Shown here: positions 48,125 through 57,818 of the stretch, one piece after another
Position numbering within the stretch: position 1 is the stretch's first letter
How the letters are laid out: each line of letters begins with the position of its first letter
Notes under the pieces: model-generated
What the model was told of the DNA's origin: nothing
Seen by the model: the letters and a program-made list of their open reading frames with translations, nothing else
Databases searched by the model: none
Position numbers and translations under genes: made by a program
DNA from: Minisyncoccota bacterium
GTDB lineage: Bacteria > Patescibacteriota > Minisyncoccia > Phycocordibacterales > CSBR16-193
NCBI GenBank assembly: GCA_040905715.1
Contig: JBBDRA010000003.1
Span: 330,679 to 394,678 of the forward strand
DNA: 64,000 nt
Reading direction: 5' to 3'

Positions 48125-49888
48125 ATGACACTTACGTCTGAAGAAATACGCAAGCGTTTCTTACATTTTTTTGAAAAGCGAGGGCACGCAATTCTCCCAT
48201 CGGTATCACTTGTGCCCGAAAACGATCCGTCGGCTTTATTCACAACTGCCGGTGTACAGCCTCTTGTGCCGTACATCCTGCAAGGCTCACACCCACAAGG
48301 CAGACGACTTGCGAGTGTACAGAAATGCGTACGAACCACCGATATTGATGAGGTTGGCGACAAAACACACGCAACTTTTTTTGAGATGCTTGGCAACTGG
48401 TCTATCGGTGATTATTTCAAAGAGGACGCTATTGCGTGGAGCTATGAACTTTTAACCAATGCCGATGAAGGATTCGGACTCGACCCAAAGCGACTGTACG
48501 TGACGGTCTACGAAGGCGACGACGAATCACCTAGGGACACTGAATCTGTAGAATTCTGGAAGAAAGCGGGAGTTCCGGAAGATCGCATTTATTTTTTAGG
48601 TGAGAGTAATTTCTGGAGTGCCGGCGAGAACGGTCCGTGTGGACCAAGTACCGAAATGTTCTACGATCTCACACAGGAGGGTTTAGGGGACCTGACTCCA
48701 GAGGAATTTAAAAAAGCAGACAACGATCAGCAGGTTGTTGAGATATGGAACGATGTTTTCATGGAGTATCGAAAAGAGAACGGAAGAGTCGTTGAAAAAC
48801 TTCCACAGAAGAATGTAGACACCGGATCAGGATTAGAACGCCTCATGGCGGTTTTACAGAATAAAGAAAGTATTTTTGAAACAGATGTGTTTAGGGATCT
48901 AATGCAAGCAGCAGGAGACCTCTCTCAAGACCCGCGAGCACAGCGAATTATAGCGGATCATATAAGAAGCGCCACATTTCTTATTGGCGACGGTGTACTT
49001 CCATCAAACACAGATGCCGGATACATACTTCGCCGTCTATTGCGACGAGCCATCGTTAAAACAACAGCAAAGAACCTTTCAGCTGAAGAGGTATCAGACC
49101 TTGTAGGCGCCGTTACTAAGGTTTACAAAAGTTCTTATCCTGAACTTACTGAGAAACAAGGTAACATTGAACAGGTTATCAAGGATGAAGCTGCCAAGTT
49201 TGAGAAAACACTCCAACAAGGCCTTAAAAAATTAGAGAAGATCGAAGGTGACATTTCCGGGCAGGATGCATTTCTGCTCTTTGCCACCTACGGCTTCCCG
49301 ATTGAAATGACGGCTGAACTTGCACAGGAGCGAGGCATTTCTATTGACAGAGAAGGATTTGAAAAGGAACTTTTAGAACACCAGGAAAAATCCCGAACCG
49401 CGTCAGCAGGGAAATTTAGAGGCGGACTTGGTGGTGGGGGTGAGATGGAAGTTAAGTATCACACTGCAACCCATCTTCTCAATGCAGCACTTCAGCGAGT
49501 TCTTGGTGAGCACGTGCAACAAAAGGGATCGAACATCACCGAAGAAAGACTTCGTTTCGACTTCTCACATAGCGAAAAACTTACTGACGAACAAAAACAG
49601 CATGTTGAGAAACTTATAAATACTTGGATACAAGAGGATCTGCCGGTCACCTGCAAGGAAACAACCGTAGAAGAAGCAAAGGCGGAAGGCGCCCAAGGAG
49701 TATTTGAAAGTAAATACGGCGATAAAGTTACTGTGTATTCAGTAGGAGATGGAGAGACAGTCGCCAGCAAAGAAATTTGTGGCGGACCACATGTTAATCG
49801 AACCGGAGAGTTAACCGGCACTTTTCGAATCAAAAAAGAAGAATCAGCTTCAGCTGGTGTGCGCCGCATCAAAGCAGTACTCGAATAA
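48125..49888 (+). CDS. alaS: alanyl-tRNA synthetase, short form lacking the C-Ala domain
   Basis: Class II catalytic core (FTTAGVQP...FEMLGNWSIGDYFK) and an editing domain with H-x3-H and CGGPH motifs. 587 aa against about 870 typically. Confidence 0.9.
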   Translation: MTLTSEEIRKRFLHFFEKRGHAILPSVSLVPENDPSALFTTAGVQPLVPYILQGSHPQGRRLASVQKCVRTTDIDEVGDKTHATFFEMLGNWSIGDYFKEDAIAWSYELLTNADEGFGLDPKRLYVTVYEGDDESPRDTESVEFWKKAGVPEDRIYFLGESNFWSAGENGPCGPSTEMFYDLTQEGLGDLTPEEFKKADNDQQVVEIWNDVFMEYRKENGRVVEKLPQKNVDTGSGLERLMAVLQNKESIFETDVFRDLMQAAGDLSQDPRAQRIIADHIRSATFLIGDGVLPSNTDAGYILRRLLRRAIVKTTAKNLSAEEVSDLVGAVTKVYKSSYPELTEKQGNIEQVIKDEAAKFEKTLQQGLKKLEKIEGDISGQDAFLLFATYGFPIEMTAELAQERGISIDREGFEKELLEHQEKSRTASAGKFRGGLGGGGEMEVKYHTATHLLNAALQRVLGEHVQQKGSNITEERLRFDFSHSEKLTDEQKQHVEKLINTWIQEDLPVTCKETTVEEAKAEGAQGVFESKYGDKVTVYSVGDGETVASKEICGGPHVNRTGELTGTFRIKKEESASAGVRRIKAVLE

Positions 49889-50004
49889 CCACTCCGGCTC
49901 CTACACTCGACTACTGGGCGTGTATTGATCAATGGTCTTTATGCACACCTAGATAGCACATTACGCATGTTGTATACTAAATACTGTATACACATTACGT
50001 TTTC

Positions 50005-51201
50005 ATGTTCTCCTTTTTTTCAAAAAACGATACGCAGACACATTTTCTAATCGAGTGCGGTAGCGGAAGTGCTGCGTGCGCTCTTATTGTTACTGACGCA
50101 GACCGGAAACCGAAGATCGTGTACCAAAAACGCATTCCTTTTGAAACGCAGGAGAACAAAGACCATCGGGGGACAGTATCTTCACTTACTAAAACACTCG
50201 CTCAACTTTTAAAAGAAGTTCGCTCTACGGGCTTTGAAAAGCTTACCCGACTCGACGCACCGAGAAAACTCAGTGACATTACCGTTACATTTACAGCCCC
50301 TTGGTATGCTGTGCGCACCCCACACATAAGCCAGGATTATAAAGAAGAAAGGGTTATCACGGATGATTTCCTCACAGGTCTTAAAGAACAGGAGAAGCAA
50401 AAGATGGTTGTTAACGGAGCGTCGCTATTCTCTGATGAGTTTCAGAATGAATCTCCGATCATCGTCGAAAGCATTATTCTCCAGTCAAAATTGAACGGCT
50501 ACACGACAGAGAATCCAGTCAATAAGAGAACTACTTCATTTGAGGCTCAACTTTACGTTAGTGCGGTCCAACAGTCAGTTTTAGACAAGATCGAATCTCT
50601 GATCGGCGAGACATTTGATATTTCTAATGTGTCATATCACACACTTCCACTGATCACATTCTTTGCGCTCCGTGATCTCTTCACCACAACTTCAAACGCA
50701 CTCTTTGTTGATATCAGCGGAGAAGCTACAACTATATCTGCCGTTCATGACGGTTCAATTCGAGATGTTTTGTCTTTTACCAAGGGCACACACGGTCTAG
50801 TCCACCACGTTGCCGACACACTTCATATTGGTACCAAAGCAGCGGCTTCCGCACTGGCGATGCATGATCTTTCTGTGCTGAATCCATCGACTCACAGCAA
50901 TATAAATGAGTATATTCAGAAGTACACTCATGAATGGTTTACAGATTTTTCAAATACAGTAGACACTATTAAAGAGAAACATCATGTAGGCAATCGGGTG
51001 GTCATTGTCGCCGGTGTGGGGTTGACGGATTATTTCCACGACCAACTTACAAAACAAAATGCTGGATCAGAAAATGCCAAACATCAGGTGATAGAGCTAA
51101 AAGCCGGGCAACTGGCCAGGCGACTTCGCTTTCCAAAGACATTTCAGCCGGACTCGTTTATCGCACTTGAAGCGATCGTGCTGGCAGACAATGAGCTTTG
51201 A
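50005..51201 (+). CDS. hypothetical protein, possibly with an actin-like ATPase fold (PilM/FtsA-like)
   Basis: N-terminal FLIECGSGSAACALI resembles an actin-fold phosphate-1 loop. Weak. Confidence 0.35.
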   Translation: MFSFFSKNDTQTHFLIECGSGSAACALIVTDADRKPKIVYQKRIPFETQENKDHRGTVSSLTKTLAQLLKEVRSTGFEKLTRLDAPRKLSDITVTFTAPWYAVRTPHISQDYKEERVITDDFLTGLKEQEKQKMVVNGASLFSDEFQNESPIIVESIILQSKLNGYTTENPVNKRTTSFEAQLYVSAVQQSVLDKIESLIGETFDISNVSYHTLPLITFFALRDLFTTTSNALFVDISGEATTISAVHDGSIRDVLSFTKGTHGLVHHVADTLHIGTKAAASALAMHDLSVLNPSTHSNINEYIQKYTHEWFTDFSNTVDTIKEKHHVGNRVVIVAGVGLTDYFHDQLTKQNAGSENAKHQVIELKAGQLARRLRFPKTFQPDSFIALEAIVLADNEL

Positions 51202-51271
51202 TACATTTCCTTCACTTCACAGATAAACATGATCCGCGTTATAATAAAAAAAATAAAGTAACCAACCTACT

Positions 51272-52654
51272 ATGCCAAAAAAAGACATGCAAGACGTTGT
51301 GCCGCCCGAGAGACGCTCTATTCGAAATGTGCCGCTCCCGAAACACAAAGAGAAGGATGCTGAAACTCCCCACTATGGGTCAGGAACTACAGATGAAACA
51401 TCTTCGGCACCAACACCGGGAACCCAACCTGAAAACGAGGGAGAGAAGTATGCCGTGAGACAGCCGATACGCTCTCGGCCACGGCGTCATGTTCCGATGT
51501 GGGGAATATGGTTGGTTACAATAATCTCCTTACTCGTCGTTGTATTTGCGGCGTCAACACTATTTACAAGCGCCAACATTATTGTTACCCCGAAGCAAGA
51601 GACCCACGAGGCCTCTCTTCCACTTTCAGCCGGACCAGATGGTGATATATCCTTTGAAACTGTGTCGATAAGTACAGATGCAAGCACGAAGGTCAGTATC
51701 AGTGGTACCGGCGAAGTATCTGAAGAAGCTGTTGGTGAACTTACTTTATACAATGAGTATACAACCAGTGAGTTTCCACTAATGGTTAATACCCGATTTG
51801 AATCATCTGACGGAAACATCTACCACATAACTGAGGCTGTTCGAATACCGGGCATGACCGAGAACGAGGAAGACACACTTCCCGGACAGATAACCGTTCG
51901 AGTGAGAGCAAGTGAGCCGGGAGAAGAATACAACCTTACAGAGGGAGAACTTACCGTGCCGGGGCTTGTTGGGGATCCGAGCTATGAAGACGTCTACGCA
52001 ATGGTGTCAAGTCCGATCACCGGTGGTTTTGTTGGAGAGCGCGGAATCGTAAATGACGATGATAAAAATCGTGCCGAAGATGAGCTCAGAGTTCTATTAG
52101 AAGAGGAGGCGACCGCAAGCATACAGAGCCAGATCCCGGATCGGTTCATACTGTATCCTGAAACAATTACCATAAGCTTTGGCCCAACTCAGCAGAAGTC
52201 TACTGATGGAGGTGAAGCGACGCTGGAACAGGAGGCCACTGTACGAGCAGTTATGTTCCCACGAGAAGAGCTTGAGCAATTCCTAGCCGAAACACTGCTA
52301 TCAGACGAAGAGGATCCATCAGCTATTCATGTAAATAATCTTAACGATCTATCATTCACTCCAAACAATAATTACAGTCCGCAGCAATCAACAGTTAACG
52401 GCACGCTTTCGGGAAGTGCGGTCTTTGTATGGAACATTGACGAAGACGCTATAAAGGATAGTATAAGCGGACGGGATAAAGGCAGGCTAAAAAGTGCCCT
52501 GTCACGGTTCAGCGAGATCGAAGAAGCTAGTGCCTCAGTACAGCCTTTCTGGCTCATGTCGTTTCCAAGCGACCACGATGACATAACGATCTCTATCCAA
52601 TTAGATAGTGAAGTTGTCAACGAAGAGGACACCGAACCGACCCCTGAATCGTAG
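51272..52654 (+). CDS. hypothetical single-pass membrane protein with a large extracytoplasmic domain
   Basis: Basic N-terminal cytoplasmic tail, TM helix MWGIWLVTIISLLVVVFAASTLF, then a domain of about 360 aa. Confidence 0.45.
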   Translation: MPKKDMQDVVPPERRSIRNVPLPKHKEKDAETPHYGSGTTDETSSAPTPGTQPENEGEKYAVRQPIRSRPRRHVPMWGIWLVTIISLLVVVFAASTLFTSANIIVTPKQETHEASLPLSAGPDGDISFETVSISTDASTKVSISGTGEVSEEAVGELTLYNEYTTSEFPLMVNTRFESSDGNIYHITEAVRIPGMTENEEDTLPGQITVRVRASEPGEEYNLTEGELTVPGLVGDPSYEDVYAMVSSPITGGFVGERGIVNDDDKNRAEDELRVLLEEEATASIQSQIPDRFILYPETITISFGPTQQKSTDGGEATLEQEATVRAVMFPREELEQFLAETLLSDEEDPSAIHVNNLNDLSFTPNNNYSPQQSTVNGTLSGSAVFVWNIDEDAIKDSISGRDKGRLKSALSRFSEIEEASASVQPFWLMSFPSDHDDITISIQLDSEVVNEEDTEPTPES

Positions 52655-52746
52655 GGTTCAATGAGAAACTGACGAAAAAATTTGACAGGGAAAGTGAAAG
52701 TTTGTTAGTATAGCGCTCATCCCTTACAGGAGGTAAGGCACATGTG

Positions 52747-52968
52747 ATGGCAAAAAATGCACAGCAAAAAGAAGAAGTAACTGGTCTCGTGACCGAAGCT
52801 CTACCCAACGCAATGTTTCGTGTTGAACGCGATGACACGAAAGAAGAGATGCTTGCATTTCTAGCGGGAAAGATGCGACTGTATCGTATCAAGGTATTGA
52901 TCGGTGATAAAGTAAAAATGCAGCTTGATCCGTATGGCGGAAAAGCACGCATTACGCAACGACTGTAG
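52747..52968 (+). CDS. infA: translation initiation factor IF-1
   Basis: S1-like fold GLVTEALPNAMFRVE...RLYRIKVLIGDKVK. SD GGAGGT upstream. Confidence 0.9.
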   Translation: MAKNAQQKEEVTGLVTEALPNAMFRVERDDTKEEMLAFLAGKMRLYRIKVLIGDKVKMQLDPYGGKARITQRL

Positions 52969-53041
52969 TATCAGGTATTCTAGAGAACAAGATGCCGGAA
53001 TAACCGGCATTCATAATTCTCTTAGTACCCAACACCACGTT

Positions 53042-53422
53042 ATGAGAATCCTCGGTATAACCATTCCAGACAATAAGCGACTCGAGATCGGTTTGACCGC
53101 GCTTTACGGCGTTGGTTATTCTCGTGCCAGCGATATTCTTGAAAACGCAGGCATCGAGCCCGGTAAAAAGCCGACTGACCTGACTTCGGATCAAGAAAAC
53201 AAGATCCGCGAACAGCTTGAGCAATTTACTCTGGAAGGTGACCTTAAGCGAGAAGTTGGCGGAAACATCAAGCGACTGAAGGATGTTCAGAGTTACCGCG
53301 GAGCGCGCCACACACACGGACTTCCATCACGCGGCCAACGGACAAAGACCAACTCACGCACACGTCGAGGAAACGTACGAAAAACCATGGGTACCGGACG
53401 ACGAGCCGCAGAGAAGAAATAG
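53042..53422 (+). CDS. rpsM: 30S ribosomal protein S13
   Basis: MRILGITIPDNKRLEIGLTALYGVGYSRA...SYRGARHTHGLPSRGQRTKTNSRT. Confidence 0.95.
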   Translation: MRILGITIPDNKRLEIGLTALYGVGYSRASDILENAGIEPGKKPTDLTSDQENKIREQLEQFTLEGDLKREVGGNIKRLKDVQSYRGARHTHGLPSRGQRTKTNSRTRRGNVRKTMGTGRRAAEKK

Positions 53423-53498
53423 ATCGAGATTCTAGACTTTAGGCGCTAGCTTCTACTAACTCCTTAAGCCTAGTATCTAGATCATAGTAACCAGATAT

Positions 53499-53930
53499 AT
53501 GGGAAAGAAAAGAATCGCACAAAAATCAGGAGACGGAAAAAACAAAAAAGCCAAAGCTGGTGGTGTTCAAGCTCCACGCAAAAAGCTGGATGTCGGCCGC
53601 TTGCATGTTGAAGCAACGTACAACAACACAAAAGTTCACCTAAGCGATACAAAAGGCAATGTGATCTGCTGGTCATCATCTGGATCACTCGGTTTTAACG
53701 GAGCCCGCAAGGGAACACCGTATGCTGCAGCAAAAGTAGGCGAACAGATCGGTGAGATCGCCCGTCAAATGGGCGTAAAAGACGTAAATGTGGCCATCAC
53801 AGGCGTTGGTTCAGGTCGAGAATCAGCGGTGCGCGGTTTTGTTTCAAAGGGCATTAATTTGTTAGGGATCGAAGATCTTACACCGGTACCGCACAATGGT
53901 CCGCGCCCGCCGAAAGCACGGAGAGTTTAA
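53499..53930 (+). CDS. rpsK: 30S ribosomal protein S11
   Basis: GRLHVEATYNNTKVHLSD...ITGVGSGRESAVRG. Confidence 0.95.
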   Translation: MGKKRIAQKSGDGKNKKAKAGGVQAPRKKLDVGRLHVEATYNNTKVHLSDTKGNVICWSSSGSLGFNGARKGTPYAAAKVGEQIGEIARQMGVKDVNVAITGVGSGRESAVRGFVSKGINLLGIEDLTPVPHNGPRPPKARRV

Positions 53931-54018
53931 TTACACCTTCTAGGTTTTGAGTTTTAGGCGAATAGAGAAACACCTCACACCTAAAGCTTAGTACCTAGAT
54001 CCTAGCAACCAAGTCAAT

Positions 54019-54636
54019 ATGAAAATTGGACCAAAATATAAGATCGCACGGCGACTCGGAGCAGCTGTGTTCGACAAGACACAGACACAGAAATACGACC
54101 TTGCGCTTCAAAAAAAGGGGCAGCAACGTCGTACCGGAAGACGACCAAAACAATTGTCTCAGTATGGTGTTCAGCTGCGAGAGAAGCAGAAGGCTCGTTA
54201 CTCCTACCTTGTGCCTGAAAAGCAGTTTGCAAACTATGTAAAAGCAGCCATGAGCACGAACGCCGGCACGCCGGCAGACCAACTCTACCAGCGCCTCGAG
54301 ATGCGCTTAGACAACGTAGCGCACCGTCTTGGTCTTGCTCCGACCAAAACAGCGGCTCGCCAGCTCGTGAGTCACGGCCATGTACACGTGAACGGTCGAC
54401 GAAACAACATCGCGTCGCACGGTGTATCCGTCGGTGACGTAATATCAATACGAGAGCAGAGCAAGAACACGAAATTATTTGATAACCTCAAAGAAAGATT
54501 AGAGAATTATAACCCGCCAGCATGGCTTTCATTTGATGAAAATTCACTTACCGGGAAAGTGGAAGGGAGACCGCAACTAAAAGGCGCCGACCTTCTGTTC
54601 GATATCCAAGCAATCCTTGAGTTTTATAGCCGTTAA
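54019..54636 (+). CDS. rpsD: 30S ribosomal protein S4
   Basis: MKIGPKYKIARRLG N-terminus and S4 domain RLDNVAHRLGLAPTKTAARQLVSHGHVHVNGRR. Confidence 0.95.
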   Translation: MKIGPKYKIARRLGAAVFDKTQTQKYDLALQKKGQQRRTGRRPKQLSQYGVQLREKQKARYSYLVPEKQFANYVKAAMSTNAGTPADQLYQRLEMRLDNVAHRLGLAPTKTAARQLVSHGHVHVNGRRNNIASHGVSVGDVISIREQSKNTKLFDNLKERLENYNPPAWLSFDENSLTGKVEGRPQLKGADLLFDIQAILEFYSR

Positions 54637-54656
54637 TCGTTATCTATTATTTAGCA

Positions 54657-55658
54657 GTGCTTATGTCAGATCAAACTATCGTTTTACCTTCGAAGCCAAA
54701 GACCGTATCTGAAGACAACATCTTCGGGCAATACGAGATCAATGGACTCTACCCCGGCTACGGCCACACCCTCGGAAACTCACTTCGACGGATCATACTT
54801 TCATCATTGCCAGGCACGTCTATTACCACCGTTAAGATCGACGGCGTAAACAATGAATTTTCTTCCGTTGAAGGAATACGTGAAGATGTTATTACAGTTC
54901 TCCTGAACCTGAAGAATATTCGTATTCAGATGGATACAGATGAGCCACAAACACTCAAACTTAGAGCTAAAGGCGACAAGACAGTTACCGCCGGTGACAT
55001 TGAAACAACCGGTCAAACAACTATCACTAACCCTGAGCTTGAGATCGCTCACCTGACCGGCAAGAACGCCTCACTCGACATGGAAATGGTTGTTGAGCGG
55101 GGGCTTGGATACGTAGCAAAGGAGGAATTTGAAGGCAATGACCGTGAGATCGGTGTAATTAAACTCGACGCGGTTTTCACACCGATCAAGCGCGTACGCT
55201 ATGAAGTTGAAGATATGCGTGTCGGGGACAGAACTGACTACAACCGACTTCGTCTCTTTATTGAAACCGACGGTACGATCGAGCCGCGCGAGGCTCTCGA
55301 TCGCTCGATCGCTACAATGATCCAGCAGATGCAGGCCTTGACCGGCGAAAACGGATCAGACGAGCCTCAAGAAGCAACTCTTGAATACACACCCTCTGAA
55401 TCATCAGGTGAAACAGCTTCTGAGATAGAACAAGACGAATCAGGCGAGGACGAAACAGAGTTCTTGAAAACCCGCATCGACGATCTAAACCTTTCACAGC
55501 GCACCCTCAACGCACTTGCTGAAGCAAACATACGAACGGTTGGCGGACTTGCGCGAAAGCGTGAAGCTGACATACAGGACATCGACGGCATCGGCGACAA
55601 GGGGATTCAGGAGATCAAGGATCTTTTAAGCACTAAGGGCATTGAACTGAAAGAGTAA
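54657..55658 (+). CDS. rpoA: DNA-directed RNA polymerase subunit alpha
   Basis: N-terminal domain (NGLYPGYGHTLGNSLRRIILSSLPGTSIT) and C-terminal HhH domain (IDDLNLSQRTLNALAEANIRTVGGL). Confidence 0.95.
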   Translation: MLMSDQTIVLPSKPKTVSEDNIFGQYEINGLYPGYGHTLGNSLRRIILSSLPGTSITTVKIDGVNNEFSSVEGIREDVITVLLNLKNIRIQMDTDEPQTLKLRAKGDKTVTAGDIETTGQTTITNPELEIAHLTGKNASLDMEMVVERGLGYVAKEEFEGNDREIGVIKLDAVFTPIKRVRYEVEDMRVGDRTDYNRLRLFIETDGTIEPREALDRSIATMIQQMQALTGENGSDEPQEATLEYTPSESSGETASEIEQDESGEDETEFLKTRIDDLNLSQRTLNALAEANIRTVGGLARKREADIQDIDGIGDKGIQEIKDLLSTKGIELKE

Positions 55659-55712
55659 TCATAGTACATTATGCGCTAACCCGTAGCGTCTAATTATTTA
55701 ACGACCCACGAC

Positions 55713-56063
55713 ATGAGACACCACAAAACACATCGAACTCTTGGACGAGTTTCACGACAACGCAAAGCTTTGCTGTGCTCTCTTGCTCGATCACTGGTTT
55801 TACACGACCGAATCCAAACAACTGAAGCAAAGGCGAAAGAACTTCGTCCATTTGCAGAGAAACTCCTCACCGAGGCAAAGAAGAACACCCAGGCATCGAT
55901 TCGCCGAGTTGAGAACAAGATCGGACCGGATGCGCGTGTAAAGCTTTGTGGCGAGCTCGCGTCTCGCTATCAAGAGAGAGAAGGGGGTTATACGCGGATC
56001 GTGAAGCTTCCATACCGAAAGTCAGACTCGGCCAGCCTTGCAATCATTGAGTTCGTCGAGTAG
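55713..56063 (+). CDS. rplQ: 50S ribosomal protein L17
   Basis: MRHHKTHRTLGRVSRQRKALLCSLARSLVLHDRIQTT. Confidence 0.95.
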   Translation: MRHHKTHRTLGRVSRQRKALLCSLARSLVLHDRIQTTEAKAKELRPFAEKLLTEAKKNTQASIRRVENKIGPDARVKLCGELASRYQEREGGYTRIVKLPYRKSDSASLAIIEFVE

Positions 56064-56079
56064 GATACCCACTATCGTT

Positions 56080-56427
56080 ATGCAAGAACATACTATAAAT
56101 GCACAGAACAGATCACTCGGCCGAGTTGCAAGCGAGGCGGCTAAAATTCTCATGGGGAAGCATGAGCCGTCTTTTGAGCGACACGAGATAGCCCAGGTAA
56201 CTGTACGAATCCAGAACGCTGCAAAAGCAGATATTTCTTCAAAGAAGATGGATGAAAAAGTATACATGAGTTATTCAGGATATCCCGGAGGTCGTACAGA
56301 CCGTACCCGACGCAAAGTTATCGAACAAAAAGGATACGGTGATGTTTTTCGCCGAGCGGTTTACGGCATGTTGCCGGCCAACAAGCTTCGCAAGCAAATA
56401 ATGAAGAATCTCGTCATCGAAGAGTAA
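56080..56427 (+). CDS. rplM: 50S ribosomal protein L13
   Basis: Internal Met MQEHTINAQNRSLGRVASEAAKILMGKH. Confidence 0.9.
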   Translation: MQEHTINAQNRSLGRVASEAAKILMGKHEPSFERHEIAQVTVRIQNAAKADISSKKMDEKVYMSYSGYPGGRTDRTRRKVIEQKGYGDVFRRAVYGMLPANKLRKQIMKNLVIEE

Positions 56428-56455
56428 TATTTTCTATAATATACACGCTACTTAT

Positions 56456-56872
56456 ATGCCATCAAAAGCAACAGCTAAAGACGCCTACTACGAAGCCGTT
56501 GGTCGCCGAAAGACATCGGTCGCCCGTGTTCGTTTGTACCCAAACCATCCGGGCAAGGAATTTACCGTAAATACTCGGGATAAAAAAGATTATTTTCCTA
56601 CACCTGAACTCGACCAAGTCGTCACCCAGGCACTTACCGAAACTGATCTTGCTGACACTTTTGCCGTAAGTGTTATTGTAAGCGGTGGAGGTATTCACTC
56701 ACAGGCGGAAGCAGTACGACACGGTATTGCTCGAGCACTTGAGGAATACGATGAAGAGCTTCGTACCACTTTGAAAAAAGCCGGATACTTCAAGCGAGAT
56801 CCGCGCACCAAAGAACGTAAGAAGTTCGGTCTCAAGAAAGCACGCAAGGCCCCGCAGTGGAGCAAACGATAG
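56456..56872 (+). CDS. rpsI: 30S ribosomal protein S9
   Basis: YYEAVGRRKTSVARVRLYPN...KKARKAPQWSKR. Confidence 0.95.
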   Translation: MPSKATAKDAYYEAVGRRKTSVARVRLYPNHPGKEFTVNTRDKKDYFPTPELDQVVTQALTETDLADTFAVSVIVSGGGIHSQAEAVRHGIARALEEYDEELRTTLKKAGYFKRDPRTKERKKFGLKKARKAPQWSKR

Positions 56873-57026
56873 TTTGCGAGACTGTCTGTGGAAGGGTCGG
56901 AAACCGGTAGGTTTCCGTGAAGGAGAGCAGTGAGTGTAACGAGCGTTGAGAACCGTGGGTTCTCAAAAGAGCGCCTCGCGCTCTGCAATGGTCAAAACGA
57001 TAATTATTTTTACGATCACACCATCA

Positions 57027-57059
57027 AAACCCTCGGGGCCACCACGAGGGTTTTGTTTT
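57027..57059 (+). terminator. intrinsic terminator after the ribosomal-protein cluster
   Basis: Stem aaccctcg / cgagggtt followed by TTTTGTTTT. Confidence 0.7.
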
Positions 57060-57090
57060 ACCCAATTTTTAGGTATCATAGTCTCACCTT

Positions 57091-57729
57091 ATGAGCACAC
57101 ACAAGAAACATCATTCAGAAGATAGCGCAGACCTTGATACGCAAATGGATAGTGAGGCGTTTGATGAAGATATCGAACCGATCCTCGACGATGAAGGAGA
57201 CGCCGGGCAAGCAAAGAAAGACAAGACAGCCAAACTTAAAGAAAAGCTAAAGCATTGTGAGAAAGAAAAGCAGCAGTATCTTGATTCATGGCAACGCGAG
57301 AAAGCTGAATTTCTCAATGCCCGAAAGCGCGATGAGGAAGCCAAGAAACAGGCGGTCAATTTTGCCCGCGAGGATGTGATCATCTCGCTTTTACCGGTGC
57401 TCGATAGTTTTGAAATGGCTTTTGCAGACACAAAAGCCTACAACGATACACCGGAGCAGTGGCGCATCGGTGTAGAACAGATCCACGCGCAACTCCTTAC
57501 CGCGCTCGAGTCACACAACGTAAAGCAGATAAGCCCGGAAGGTCAACCGTTTGACCCTGCATACCATGAAGCCGTGGACCAAACACTTGTACACGAGAAA
57601 GAAAAAGACAATACGATAGTAGAAGTGGTTCAAAAAGGCTATTCAATGAACGACCGAGTTATTCGGTCTGCCAAAGTAAAAGTTGGGGCTCATACAGATA
57701 CCTCGAGCGAAAAAAGAGACGAAGCATAA
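57091..57729 (+). CDS. grpE: nucleotide exchange factor GrpE
   Basis: Coiled-coil N-terminus and GrpE core (REDVIISLLPVLDSFE...FDPAYHEAV...GYSMNDRVIRSAKVKV). Confidence 0.9.
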   Translation: MSTHKKHHSEDSADLDTQMDSEAFDEDIEPILDDEGDAGQAKKDKTAKLKEKLKHCEKEKQQYLDSWQREKAEFLNARKRDEEAKKQAVNFAREDVIISLLPVLDSFEMAFADTKAYNDTPEQWRIGVEQIHAQLLTALESHNVKQISPEGQPFDPAYHEAVDQTLVHEKEKDNTIVEVVQKGYSMNDRVIRSAKVKVGAHTDTSSEKRDEA

Positions 57730-57818
57730 TTTGCAAATGGCTTGACAGCGTGTTATAGTATTAAAGATACATACAAGATACCATTATAGCTAACAACCTT
57801 TAACAACATTCACATACT

